A program made the translations under genes and the position numbers. A DNA stretch of 64,000 nucleotides from a virus: positions 45,521 through 109,520 of IMG/VR virus record IMGVR_UViG_3300005617_000004; one strand, written 5' to 3'. A model generated the notes under the pieces. The model searched no databases and was not told the origin of the DNA. It was given only the letters and a program-made list of their open reading frames with translations. Of this stretch, positions 27,719-36,968 are shown one piece after another (position 1 is the stretch's first letter; each line of letters begins with the position of its first letter).

Positions 27719-27930
27719 TGGACACCCAACAGCTGCTGGCGAGCGCCCAAGAACTCCTGAACGAGGGCAAGAACAACGCGTCGATGCAGTTCCTGGTCGA
27801 AGGTGGCGACATAGCCAAGGCCATGAAGAGCTGCCAGGAGAGTCATCGGCTGCCCGAGCTGAGCATCGAGCGCGCGTTGTACGTCGGCGCCTACATGGAC
27901 ACGATCCACCGACTCTCGAAGGCGAAGTAA
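27718..27930 (+). CDS. Hypothetical protein
   Basis: TAATG-coupled to the upstream gene. Confidence 0.55.
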   Translation: MDTQQLLASAQELLNEGKNNASMQFLVEGGDIAKAMKSCQESHRLPELSIERALYVGAYMDTIHRLSKAK

Positions 27931-28429
27931 TGGTCGTCGACGAAAGTTTCCTCAGCAGGCCGCGCCGTCGCGTCTACAAGCTCTGGCGCTATCCGGGCGT
28001 GCCGATTCCGTGGCGTCTGCGGCGCGTCTATTCAAGTGATCCGCAGAAGTGCAGAAAGTGAGGCGCCTCTGAAGTAACCTAACCCCGACATCCTTGACAA
28101 GCCGCCAGTGCCGGAAGGCCCGACGCGGCATACCGTCTACGGGGTTACTGTTCTTCCGCGCCGCCCCATCTGCGCATCCGGAAATCGCCACAACTGCCGC
28201 TGCAAATCGTCTGCCTGCTCCCGGAACAGCCGCCGATACGCGGCCTCCATCGCCTCCGCTGACAGCACCGCCTCCGGCACGCCCAGCGTGAACTCCTCGT
28301 AGATCGTCAGTCCGCTGCCGCTCAGCGCCGGTTGGTTGTAGGGCTTGAGCTTCCACTCGTCGGGCGGGTCGCCGATGATGCCGGCCGCGATCATCTCGCG
28401 CTGCCGCAGGATCAACCGATCCGCCTCAC

Positions 28430-29260
28430 TCAAGGCGTCAACCCCAACGCCAGCAACTGCGCGTTGTCCCGGCTGTACTCGGTCCACGGGCCGTTGGGCC
28501 CGTACGACGACCCGGACCACAGCAGCTGCCCATGGTACCGGGCGAGCCGCCGCACGTAGTAGGGCTTGCCGCGCTGCGGTGCTGCGACGGTGACGAGCTC
28601 GAAATACCGGTCATAGGGAGACCGCCGGATCTCGCTCTCCTGCGGGCACTCCGGCTCCTCGCTCTCGTACTGCGGGACGCCGTCGTCCGTCGCCTCGTTC
28701 GGGTCTTCCATGAAGCTGCGGCCGCGGTACATGCCGCTGGTGGGCCCCACCGGGCCCGGCGCCAGCCGCTCGACGTCGGCATCGCTCGCCCACCGCCACG
28801 TGGCCGGGTCGCCGAACCAGCTCGGATCCTTCGCGTACTTCGCCAGGATCGTGATGAAGTCCGCCGGTACCAGCGTGTGGCCGTTGGTCGTGAACACGAC
28901 CTTCTGCTTGAGCGGCAGGTCCACGCTGCCGCGGTGCGCCAGCAGGTCGATGAACTTCTCGAAGTCGATGGAGATGGACCCCGACAGCTCTTCCGGGTCC
29001 ATCTCCCGGTGGGTGACCATGCCGCGCTCTTCGACGGCCATCGCCTCCGACTTGCGGCCACCGGTCACCATGTCGATGTAGGCGCGCAGACCGTCCTTGT
29101 CGTCCCGGCTCATCCACCAGAACGAGCGTGGAATCTCGTAGGACGAGAACTGCAACGCGTTCACCACCTTCCAGCCCGCCTTGATCGGCATCATGGAGTA
29201 GCAGCGGTAGCCCCAGGCGAGGTCGGTCGGCCGGCGTGACGGGAACAGTTTTCCTTTCAT
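28430..29260 (-). CDS. Hypothetical protein
   Basis: ATG at 29260 overlaps the upstream stop; typical codon bias. Confidence 0.65.
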   Translation of the reverse strand: MKGKLFPSRRPTDLAWGYRCYSMMPIKAGWKVVNALQFSSYEIPRSFWWMSRDDKDGLRAYIDMVTGGRKSEAMAVEERGMVTHREMDPEELSGSISIDFEKFIDLLAHRGSVDLPLKQKVVFTTNGHTLVPADFITILAKYAKDPSWFGDPATWRWASDADVERLAPGPVGPTSGMYRGRSFMEDPNEATDDGVPQYESEEPECPQESEIRRSPYDRYFELVTVAAPQRGKPYYVRRLARYHGQLLWSGSSYGPNGPWTEYSRDNAQLLALGLTP

Positions 29261-29781
29261 GGGATGCACACCAGGGTCGTCTCCAGCGACTGGCCCTCCC
29301 GCTGCGCATAGGACGTCGTCACCTTGACGGTCTCGAGCTTCAGCATGCCGGTCTCGACCCACTGCCGGACCCGGCTGTAGGCCTTCACCACGACCAGCGC
29401 GTCCCGCACGCAGGCGTCGAGCCGGTCTTGTGCGACGGTGCGCGCCCGGTTCTTGAACAGCTCGAACGCCTCGGTCAGCCGACGCGTGTCGGCGTCCTCC
29501 GACCCATTGCCGGTGGCGGCCGCGGCGACGCGCGCCAGCTCCTCCGCGCTGTCAGCCAAAGCGATCGGCACCTGCACCAGCGGCACGGTGACCGGGTCCA
29601 ACGCCACATAGATGCTGTCGATCGGCCGATACAGGGCCGTCGTCGGCGGCGGCACCTTGAACAGCAGCGAGAAGCAGAAGCTGTCTCCCCACCTTGATAC
29701 GCCGAGGCTCAAGTCGAACGTCACGTGGCCCAGGTCCGCCCCCGCGACGCTGCCGGGCCGAAGTGCCAGAATGCGCGGCAT
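29257..29781 (-). CDS. Hypothetical protein
   Basis: Coupled ORF, 174 aa. Confidence 0.65.
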   Translation of the reverse strand: MPRILALRPGSVAGADLGHVTFDLSLGVSRWGDSFCFSLLFKVPPPTTALYRPIDSIYVALDPVTVPLVQVPIALADSAEELARVAAAATGNGSEDADTRRLTEAFELFKNRARTVAQDRLDACVRDALVVVKAYSRVRQWVETGMLKLETVKVTTSYAQREGQSLETTLVCIP

Positions 29782-29790
29782 GTCGACCTC

Positions 29791-31743
29791 TCAGATGGGC
29801 GACGGGGGCGGGATCTTGGCGCCGGCCGGCGGAGCAGGCTGCGCCGGGGGCGCGATGGTCGCGTCTGCCGGCGGCGCGATGGCGGACGTGACGTCGGTTG
29901 CCAGGGTGGCGGCCACCGGCGGCTTCTGGGGCGGCAGGTCGTCCGGATTGGTGTGCTTGGCCAGGGCCGCCTCGTCGGCCTGCTCCCGTGCCTGCTGCGC
30001 CTGGAGACGCCGCTGCACGAATATGCCCGACTTGATGACCGATGCTTCGGCGAGCTTCTCGGTGGCCTCGCCGCTGACCAGCAGCCGGACGTCTTCAATC
30101 ACGTCGCGCAGGAAGCCCTGGTTCTCCTCGTCGGTGATCCACTGCAGGATCGTGGCGTTGCCGAGGGCTGCGCCCATGCCGGCCTGCATGACCGCCTCCT
30201 CGTTCTTGGCCTTGACCGCGTCGAGCATCGCCGGCGGCATCCACTCGACGATCCACTTGATGGCGTTCCACCGCTCGTTGGGCCGCACGATGCCCAGCGA
30301 CAGCTTCCGGGCGAGCAGCAGCGTGCCTTCGATGCGCTTGACGTCGGTGTAGGTGGCCGGGTCCTTCTTGGGCCGCTCGGGGCGCTGGACGCGGCGACGT
30401 GCCGGGGCCTGCGCATCGGCCGCGGGGGCTGATGCCGGGTTCGCCGCCACCTCGGGCGCCGGCTGCTTCACGCTGGGCCGGCGAGGCTGCGCAGGAGCGG
30501 CGGGTGCCGCGGGCTGCGGGGCATCAGGGGCCGCAGCGGGCTGCGCCTGCTGTTGCTGCTGGACGGCGGCGATGATCGGGCCGGCGATCTTGGCGATGCT
30601 GCTGAGCGTCGACTCCTCTTCGACCTTCGGCTGCGTCTTCATGTCCATCGTCTCTTTGAGCGTGGTCATGAGATTCTTGAACACAAGGCTGGTGGCCTCA
30701 GCCTGCATCTGCGCCGAGGTGCTGGCGCCGCTGGCCTGCAGCTGCATCGCCTGCCGGGTCATCTCGCCGTTGAGCTTCATCATGTTCTCGAACATGACCG
30801 CGTCGCTGCCCTTGTTGGTCAGGCTGCCCTTGACGAGCTCCAGCAGGATGGTCATCTCAGCGCTGGCGGCCTTGTCCTTGGGCATGAACAGCTGTTGGAT
30901 CACCGGCAGCACCAGCGGGATCATGGTCATCAGAGTGGTGCGGAACTCGGCGCGGCGCTGCCGGTCGCGTTCCTCCGCCTGAGCGGCGAGCGCCTGGGCA
31001 GCCTGCTGCTGGCTCTGCTGCATCTGCATCATGACCGCCATCTGCTGCTGGCTGGCCTGCTGCATCGTCATCATCAGGGTCATGGTCTCGTTGCTGCGCT
31101 TGCTCTCCTCCTGGCGCTCGGCGCGCAAGGCCCCGCCGACAGCGGCGAGGTCCAGTGGGGCCGGGGCGGGCGGCAATGGCGCGGGCGGGGGGAACGAGGT
31201 CTGCACTGGCATGGTGCCGTAGTCGGGCGTGTCGTCGACCTCCTCGCCTTCGACCTCTTCTTCTTCGCCGGGCTCGCCGACCTGCAGCTCCCACGCGGGC
31301 GGGTTGGCGACGGGCTTGTTGGTCTTGTCGTACCACTGGCACTTGTACAGGCCTGCGGGCGCGGTCTCGGGCAGCTTGTTCAGCACCAGCTCGTCGAGCA
31401 CGTCGTCCGACTGGTCCGGCGCGACACCGTTCAACGCCGACTCCACGTGGCTCGACAGCAGAGTCAGCACCGGCTTGCCGCGCGACCGACCGGTCGCCGG
31501 GTCGAGCTTGAAGATGTGCAGCTTGTCGTCCTTCGCGCGATTCGGGCTCAGGCCCTCCAGGCGCCGCTCGGCGGCGGTGCGCTGTACCCGGGCTTCCTGT
31601 GCCGCCGGATCGAGCGACGGCCGACCGACCGGGTTGCCTGCTGGCGCCTGAGGGCGCGGGACCGGTTGATAGCCGCCCGGGATACCGGGAGAGGCCAAGG
31701 GCACCGTGGACGGGATGGGCGGGAGGCCGGCGGGTTCGCTCAT
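29791..31743 (-). CDS. Large Pro-rich and Met/Gln-rich scaffold-like protein
   Basis: 650 aa; MTLMMTMQQASQQQMAVMMQMQQ; Pro-rich termini. Confidence 0.7.
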   Translation of the reverse strand: MSEPAGLPPIPSTVPLASPGIPGGYQPVPRPQAPAGNPVGRPSLDPAAQEARVQRTAAERRLEGLSPNRAKDDKLHIFKLDPATGRSRGKPVLTLLSSHVESALNGVAPDQSDDVLDELVLNKLPETAPAGLYKCQWYDKTNKPVANPPAWELQVGEPGEEEEVEGEEVDDTPDYGTMPVQTSFPPPAPLPPAPAPLDLAAVGGALRAERQEESKRSNETMTLMMTMQQASQQQMAVMMQMQQSQQQAAQALAAQAEERDRQRRAEFRTTLMTMIPLVLPVIQQLFMPKDKAASAEMTILLELVKGSLTNKGSDAVMFENMMKLNGEMTRQAMQLQASGASTSAQMQAEATSLVFKNLMTTLKETMDMKTQPKVEEESTLSSIAKIAGPIIAAVQQQQQAQPAAAPDAPQPAAPAAPAQPRRPSVKQPAPEVAANPASAPAADAQAPARRRVQRPERPKKDPATYTDVKRIEGTLLLARKLSLGIVRPNERWNAIKWIVEWMPPAMLDAVKAKNEEAVMQAGMGAALGNATILQWITDEENQGFLRDVIEDVRLLVSGEATEKLAEASVIKSGIFVQRRLQAQQAREQADEAALAKHTNPDDLPPQKPPVAATLATDVTSAIAPPADATIAPPAQPAPPAGAKIPPPSPI

Positions 31744-31816
31744 GGGGAGTTCCTCAGGGGGTCGGAGGTTACGCAGCCGGCGTTACGCTGGCAACTGGCG
31801 GTAAACGGCACAAAAG

Positions 31817-33610
31817 TTACGCAGCCCGTAGGAGGTTGAGGTAGTAGTCTTTTCCTTCCTTGTGGACGAACTGAGCCGTGGAGTCCTTCTGCAGGACGTT
31901 CTCGTAGACCGCCTTGTCAATTCCGTTCTCCGTAAGAAGATACGTATAAGAACACGGGTGGTTCTGGCCGATACGATGGATACGGTCCTGGCTCTGTTTC
32001 CACTCGATATAGTTGTAACTTAGCCCGCAGTAGATGTTATCGTAACATGGCACACCCGACTCGTTGCCGATGAGCGTCTCACCTTCGCTCATGCCCAGCT
32101 GACGTACGAAAACGGTGATGCTGGGGTCGTGGTTCCAGTTGTGCGCGTCGGCGTCACGCTGCCGCTGGGAGACGTCGCCGTCGACGTGCACGGCCTTGAT
32201 GCCGCGCGCCCTCAGCCCCGCGATCACCTGCGCGATCTCGTACTTGAAGTAGCACCAGACGATCACCTTGCGGCCTGACAGCGTGTCGGTCAGCATCTCG
32301 AACAGGGTGTCGGTCTTGACGTTGTTGAAGGGCCGCCCCTGCCGGTCGTCCGCCAGCACAAAACCCTGGCATACCTGCAACAGCTTCATCATGCGGGCGC
32401 TGGCCTGCTCGACCGTCACCTCGGCGTCCTGGATGTAGGCCACCGCTTCGTTCTTCAGGGTGTTGTAGTACCGCTCCTGGTCTGCCGTCATCTCCAGGTA
32501 CAGCGGGGTGTGGGTCTTCTTCGGCAGGAACGGCAGCACCTCTTCCTTGGTGACGAAGTGGGTGGACTCCGCCATCGCTGCGGCAATGGCTTGAGCAGCG
32601 CCTTCGTTCGGGATATTCTTGACGAATTGCCCGCGGTGCTCGGCGCGGAAAAACTTTTCGAGGAATGCCGTCTTGCTGGCGCCGAGCGCTTTGCCGCCGT
32701 CCAGGATCAGCAGCGGGTAGAAGATGCTCTCCAGGCTGTTGGCGATCGGGGTGCCGGACAGGCCGAGCTTCTTCTTGGCGCGCGACGCCAAGGTCAGGGA
32801 GAACTGCGTACGGTTGGTGTTGTTCGACAGCTTGTGGCACTCGTCGAAAATGATCCCTCCATAGCGGTTGTGGGCCACGAACTTGAGGCCGTCGTAATTG
32901 CAGACGTGGTAGTGGGTCGGTGTCGCGGCGAGGCGCTTCTTCTTGGTCGGCTCGCCGCGGATCAGGATCGACGACGCATTCTGCCAGTGCGACAACTCGA
33001 ACTGCCACGTCTTCATCACCGACTTCGGGCACACGACCAGCACGCCGCCTTGGACGCCCCACTGCCCGTCGTGCACCGCCGGCGACATGGGCTCGATGAG
33101 CCCGTTGCGGTACCAGCCGCCTGACGCATCGGTAGCGCCGCGGCTTTTGCCGACACCGGGGTCTTCCGCCATCAGCAGTCCACTGACGCGCTGCGACCAG
33201 TGGTAGTCGACCTGCTGGTGGTACAGCGGCGGGCACGGCACCTCGACGCCTTCTTTGATCTGCGTCATGCGCGTGACGTACGCGTCGAGCGGCGGCTTGT
33301 CACGGATGATCCGCTCCATCGCGAGCCGCACCTGATGCTCGGCGTCGGACTGCTTGAGATGCGCCTCGGCGAACTCCTTGAGGCCGTCCCGCCACTCGAT
33401 GGTCTCGCCGGTTTCGCGGGCTACCTTAGCAAGAGCTACCAACGCCGCCGGCGTGGTCGGGAAGTCCCAGGCAGACTTCTCGCCTACCCACCGAGCGGGC
33501 GAACCGACGCGCTGCAGTTTGTACTTCATCGTCTCCGAATAGAGCGACTGCTCGACGCGGAAGTGCACCGCCTTGGAGCGGGTGATGTGCTGATACGCGA
33601 TGAGGGTCAC
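31817..33610 (-). CDS. SNF2-family (SF2) helicase/ATPase
   Basis: EDPGVGKS (Walker A), VVCPKS, DECH, LSGTPI, QSQDRIHRIGQ; GTG start at 33610. Confidence 0.9.
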   Translation of the reverse strand: MTLIAYQHITRSKAVHFRVEQSLYSETMKYKLQRVGSPARWVGEKSAWDFPTTPAALVALAKVARETGETIEWRDGLKEFAEAHLKQSDAEHQVRLAMERIIRDKPPLDAYVTRMTQIKEGVEVPCPPLYHQQVDYHWSQRVSGLLMAEDPGVGKSRGATDASGGWYRNGLIEPMSPAVHDGQWGVQGGVLVVCPKSVMKTWQFELSHWQNASSILIRGEPTKKKRLAATPTHYHVCNYDGLKFVAHNRYGGIIFDECHKLSNNTNRTQFSLTLASRAKKKLGLSGTPIANSLESIFYPLLILDGGKALGASKTAFLEKFFRAEHRGQFVKNIPNEGAAQAIAAAMAESTHFVTKEEVLPFLPKKTHTPLYLEMTADQERYYNTLKNEAVAYIQDAEVTVEQASARMMKLLQVCQGFVLADDRQGRPFNNVKTDTLFEMLTDTLSGRKVIVWCYFKYEIAQVIAGLRARGIKAVHVDGDVSQRQRDADAHNWNHDPSITVFVRQLGMSEGETLIGNESGVPCYDNIYCGLSYNYIEWKQSQDRIHRIGQNHPCSYTYLLTENGIDKAVYENVLQKDSTAQFVHKEGKDYYLNLLRAA

Positions 33611-33843
33611 AGGAGTTTCGTCGCGATGTCGACGGCCGCGGCGTGAATGACAGCCGCTTCGCTGTCCCGCCGGCGCTTCTCCGCAGGCGAGATCACCCCG
33701 CACTCTGGGCAGAACCGCACCTCGTTGCCGTACTCGCCATTTCCGACGGTAAACTCGCCGGTTTTCTCGTCTTCCGTGCATTCTTCGATCGCACGCTGGA
33801 AGCCGCGCGGCTGCGGGAGGGTCATCGAACAGTGATGGCTCAT
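33607..33843 (-). CDS. Small CxxC protein
   Basis: RFCPECG. Confidence 0.5.
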   Translation of the reverse strand: MSHHCSMTLPQPRGFQRAIEECTEDEKTGEFTVGNGEYGNEVRFCPECGVISPAEKRRRDSEAAVIHAAAVDIATKLL

Positions 33844-33909
33844 CGTGTCACCTTGGCAGAGACTAGCGCGGCGCGTGCCGGAGAAAATTACCGAGGACGG
33901 TACCGAACT

Positions 33910-34437
33910 TCACAGGGAAGCAGGTCGTTTCGACTTGATCGCGTCGGCCCACGCGATGATCAGGTCGTCATGGAACTTCTTGGTGGCGACGACGGAGGGC
34001 GAATCCGCTGGCTGCTCTTGCGGGATCCAGAACCGGGAGGAAGAGTCGGGCAGCATCCGCTCTTCCGCGCCAATCAGCGATGCCGTGTGTAGCCGCGCAC
34101 AGGCGTACTTGGTGCCCCCACACAGTGTCAGGTTGAACGCAGGGACCAAGCAACTCTCGAACGCTTTTCCAGGGGCGATGCTCATCAGCCGATGACGGAC
34201 CGTCCCGATGCTGGCGATTTCCGACACCCGTATCTTCGCCGATCCCTGTGGCGACTTGTCGTCCGCCAGCCACGTGTCGACGATGTCGCCGACCGCTGCG
34301 GCCCGCGCCTTCAGCTCCTGGTCCTGAGCGCATGCGTAATGCGCGTACTCGACATTGTGGCCATTCCCGTGAAGGATGACTCGAACCCCAGTGAGGTCGA
34401 ATTGGAGACCGCAAAGGCAACAAATAGTGTCGTTCAT
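33910..34437 (-). CDS. Hypothetical protein with N-terminal Cys/His
   Basis: CCLCG..HYAC. Confidence 0.45.
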   Translation of the reverse strand: MNDTICCLCGLQFDLTGVRVILHGNGHNVEYAHYACAQDQELKARAAAVGDIVDTWLADDKSPQGSAKIRVSEIASIGTVRHRLMSIAPGKAFESCLVPAFNLTLCGGTKYACARLHTASLIGAEERMLPDSSSRFWIPQEQPADSPSVVATKKFHDDLIIAWADAIKSKRPASL

Positions 34438-34612
34438 TTCTTTTTCCTCTTCGCATCCACCTCGCGCCAGAAAAAGTAGCTGCCGTCCTCTTCGCCGAAG
34501 TCCTTCTCCTTCCGCGCGCACTTGTCGCAGTAGGGGTGCGTGCCGGCGAACTGCGTCACGCGCTCCCAGGCGACGGGCTCGAAACAGTAGTCCTCTGAAC
34601 AGCTGTCGATGG

Positions 34613-35254
34613 TCATGGTTTCTTCCCCGCGTCTCTCATCTTGGCCCCGTTCTCCGCTGCGCGCCGCAGCCGGTCCTTCTGCGCCTCCGACCACCCGGCG
34701 ACGTTCACCCGGATGTCGGTCCATTCCTTGCCCTGCTTGAGGGCGCTGGTCCGGGTCCGATACCGCAGGTCGAGGTGCACCACGAAGTAGTGCTGGTTGC
34801 TCAGCCGCATGTTGCCGCCGGTGTCGTCGACCTCCCACGCACGGTCGGGATAGCTCACGCCCATGTACTCGTCAACCAGCACCTTCGACCCGTACGGTAT
34901 CAGCTGCGGGTCGGCGGCGATGCCATAGGGGTGGGCGACCGCGGTATCCCGCTGCTTCCAGGCCGTCTGGCGCAGGGGCTTGCCGTCGGGCCCCACGGGC
35001 GCATCCGGATCGTGATCGGTGTAGGCGGTGAGCACCGCCGGCACCAGCATCCACTCCTCGACCGGGTGAAACACCGCGGGCCCGAGGGGTGGCGACTCCG
35101 GGGCTGAAATAGCCACCGGGTTCGTTTGGGCCAGTACCGGCACGCTGTGGCTCGACACCGGAATCCCGGTGTCGAGGGTCTCGGACGGCCACAACACCGC
35201 GGCGCCGGTGAGGCCCAACAGCAGGAAGAGCAGGATCGTTTCGCGGTAGGTCAT
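34613..35254 (-). CDS. Membrane-anchored 3D-domain (MltA-like) cell-wall enzyme
   Basis: N-terminal TM; LTAYT..IAADPQLIPYGS..DDTGG..LDL. Confidence 0.8.
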   Translation of the reverse strand: MTYRETILLFLLLGLTGAAVLWPSETLDTGIPVSSHSVPVLAQTNPVAISAPESPPLGPAVFHPVEEWMLVPAVLTAYTDHDPDAPVGPDGKPLRQTAWKQRDTAVAHPYGIAADPQLIPYGSKVLVDEYMGVSYPDRAWEVDDTGGNMRLSNQHYFVVHLDLRYRTRTSALKQGKEWTDIRVNVAGWSEAQKDRLRRAAENGAKMRDAGKKP

Positions 35255-35387
35255 AGGGGTGTTACTGGGGCTGCGTAACCGGCAGCGGATTTGTGGGTTG
35301 GTTCCATACTACAAGCCCTCGGGGGTTCAAACGGGGTGTATGTCGGCAAGGCGGACGGCACGTTCTCCGGCTGGTCAGTGTAACTCC

Positions 35388-36089
35388 TTATCGGACAACG
35401 ACTATGCTCTCCTGGTGTACGGTCACTCCGGGAATGACCTTCCCTGCCAGGGCGTCCTGGGTGATGCGCGCCATATCAGGAATCAGGTATTCGCGCGGCA
35501 GCAGCTGTGCGTTGACCACCTCGACGCGGGGGCGGCGTTGGAGGGGCGCCTCGATCGGGTCCGGCACGGTCATCGCCACCAAAGGCGCGGTGGGTCGGCT
35601 GGTGTCCAGTGCCGCGGCGATCTCGGCCGTCTGCCGTGCAAGCTCGTCGGCCCGCAGCTGCGCGTTGCGGGCGATCAGGTACGTGCCCTGCTGGTGCTTA
35701 CCCTCGTCCATGATGTCCTGCAGCCGCGCCAGCAGGGGCTTCGCCGCCGCGTCGATCTTGGTGCAGGCGTCCAGGTAGGGGGCCTTTACTCGCTGCCGGC
35801 AGGCTTCCAGGTCGTTCCAGACGGTCTTGGCCGCCTTGACCACCTTCTGCACCGCCGTCAGGGTGGTCTGGTCGACGATGGCCGGCGCGTCGATCAGCGC
35901 CTGCTCGCGCTCCCCTACCCGGGCGATCAGCTCCTGGTTCGCGACCACCGCGTACACCGGCATCGCCGGCGTGGCAACCACGACGTGTGCCGGCTCAGTA
36001 CACCCGGCGATCAGGTGCCGCTCGACGTCCGGCTCCTCGACCTCGATGTAGGTGTCGCTCTCCGGGTGGTACAGGGTCTTCTTGCTCAT
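35388..36089 (-). CDS. Gp157/Gam-like coiled-coil protein
   Basis: Coiled coil followed by LLPREYLIPD..GKVIPGV. Confidence 0.55.
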   Translation of the reverse strand: MSKKTLYHPESDTYIEVEEPDVERHLIAGCTEPAHVVVATPAMPVYAVVANQELIARVGEREQALIDAPAIVDQTTLTAVQKVVKAAKTVWNDLEACRQRVKAPYLDACTKIDAAAKPLLARLQDIMDEGKHQQGTYLIARNAQLRADELARQTAEIAAALDTSRPTAPLVAMTVPDPIEAPLQRRPRVEVVNAQLLPREYLIPDMARITQDALAGKVIPGVTVHQESIVVVR

Positions 36090-36092
36090 GGG

Positions 36093-36464
36093 CTACAGCG
36101 TACCCTCCCAGATGCTCTTGCCACCAATGTCCATGCTGAACCCATGCCCGTAGTAGCCGTTGTGGTGGTTGAACAGGGTCAGGTAGACGTGCTCGCCGGC
36201 CGGGTCGATCAGCCGGAACTGCACGTGCGCCGTTTCGGGGTCCACGTCCTGCAGGTCGCAATACCCGGTGTCGAACGAGAACAGCGCCATCGCGAGGTTG
36301 ACCCCGTCGAGCTGCGCCACCCCTTCATCGCCGATCACCGTACCGTCCGACCGCTTGAGCGACCAACCGAACGACTCACAGCAGCTCTGGCCCATGTCGA
36401 ACCCGACCAGCACGTTGTGGTCGTCGACGAAGTTGACCTTGTTGTCCTTATTGAAAACCCGCAT
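36093..36464 (-). CDS. Conserved phage protein
   Basis: QSCCE..HNGYYGH. Confidence 0.6.
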   Translation of the reverse strand: MRVFNKDNKVNFVDDHNVLVGFDMGQSCCESFGWSLKRSDGTVIGDEGVAQLDGVNLAMALFSFDTGYCDLQDVDPETAHVQFRLIDPAGEHVYLTLFNHHNGYYGHGFSMDIGGKSIWEGTL

Positions 36465-36479
36465 GGCAGCCTCCTTGGG

Positions 36480-36514
36480 CTATGGAGAGCCTAGTGAGTC
36501 GATACGGGTGTCAA
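36480..36514 (-). promoter_or_regulatory. Promoter with CTCCNTAG tandem box
   Basis: TTGACA..CTCACTAG-GCT-CTCCATAG then AAGGAGG RBS. Confidence 0.6.
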
Positions 36515-36518
36515 TGGG

Positions 36519-36965
36519 CTATTTCTGCCCCAGCCAGCCGTGGATATGGGCCAGCAGCTTCGCTCGCGGCAGCCCGCAAGCTTCCAGCATCTTGATCGCC
36601 GCACAGCCTTCCAAGGCCATCGCCAGTAGAAAGTGCTCGGTGTCGACGAGATAATGGCCAAACCCCGCGCGGTCCCATGCTTCTATGTCGGCCGCGTAGA
36701 GCACCTTCTCAGCAATCGGCGCGAGGTCGAGCGGCGGCTTGTTGCGCGACAGGGGAATCTCCAACAGCAGAAGCTGGTGCAGCACCTGCGCACCGGTGAT
36801 GCCAAGTTCCTCCAGGATGCTCTTCGCGTTGTTGTGGGTGTCGCCCATGATCGCCGCCAGCAGGTGCTCGGTGCCGACCACCGGATGCTTGAGCCGCACG
36901 GCGTCGGACATGGCGAGCGCGCAGATACGCTTGCTGGCGTCGGTGAACTTGTCGGCGGAGATCAC
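36519..36965 (-). CDS. Stand-alone Clp N-terminal (ClpA/B/C repeat) domain protein
   Basis: DKFTDASKRICALA..VGTEHLL, and a second repeat VDTEHFLLAM; no AAA+ domain. Confidence 0.85.
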   Translation of the reverse strand: MISADKFTDASKRICALAMSDAVRLKHPVVGTEHLLAAIMGDTHNNAKSILEELGITGAQVLHQLLLLEIPLSRNKPPLDLAPIAEKVLYAADIEAWDRAGFGHYLVDTEHFLLAMALEGCAAIKMLEACGLPRAKLLAHIHGWLGQK

Positions 36966-36968
36966 TGG

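Noticed and set aside
33611-33781. N-terminal extension of the SNF2 helicase given in the ORF track
   Set aside because: It overlaps a separate upstream gene; the GTGA coupling at 33607-33610 marks the likely start.
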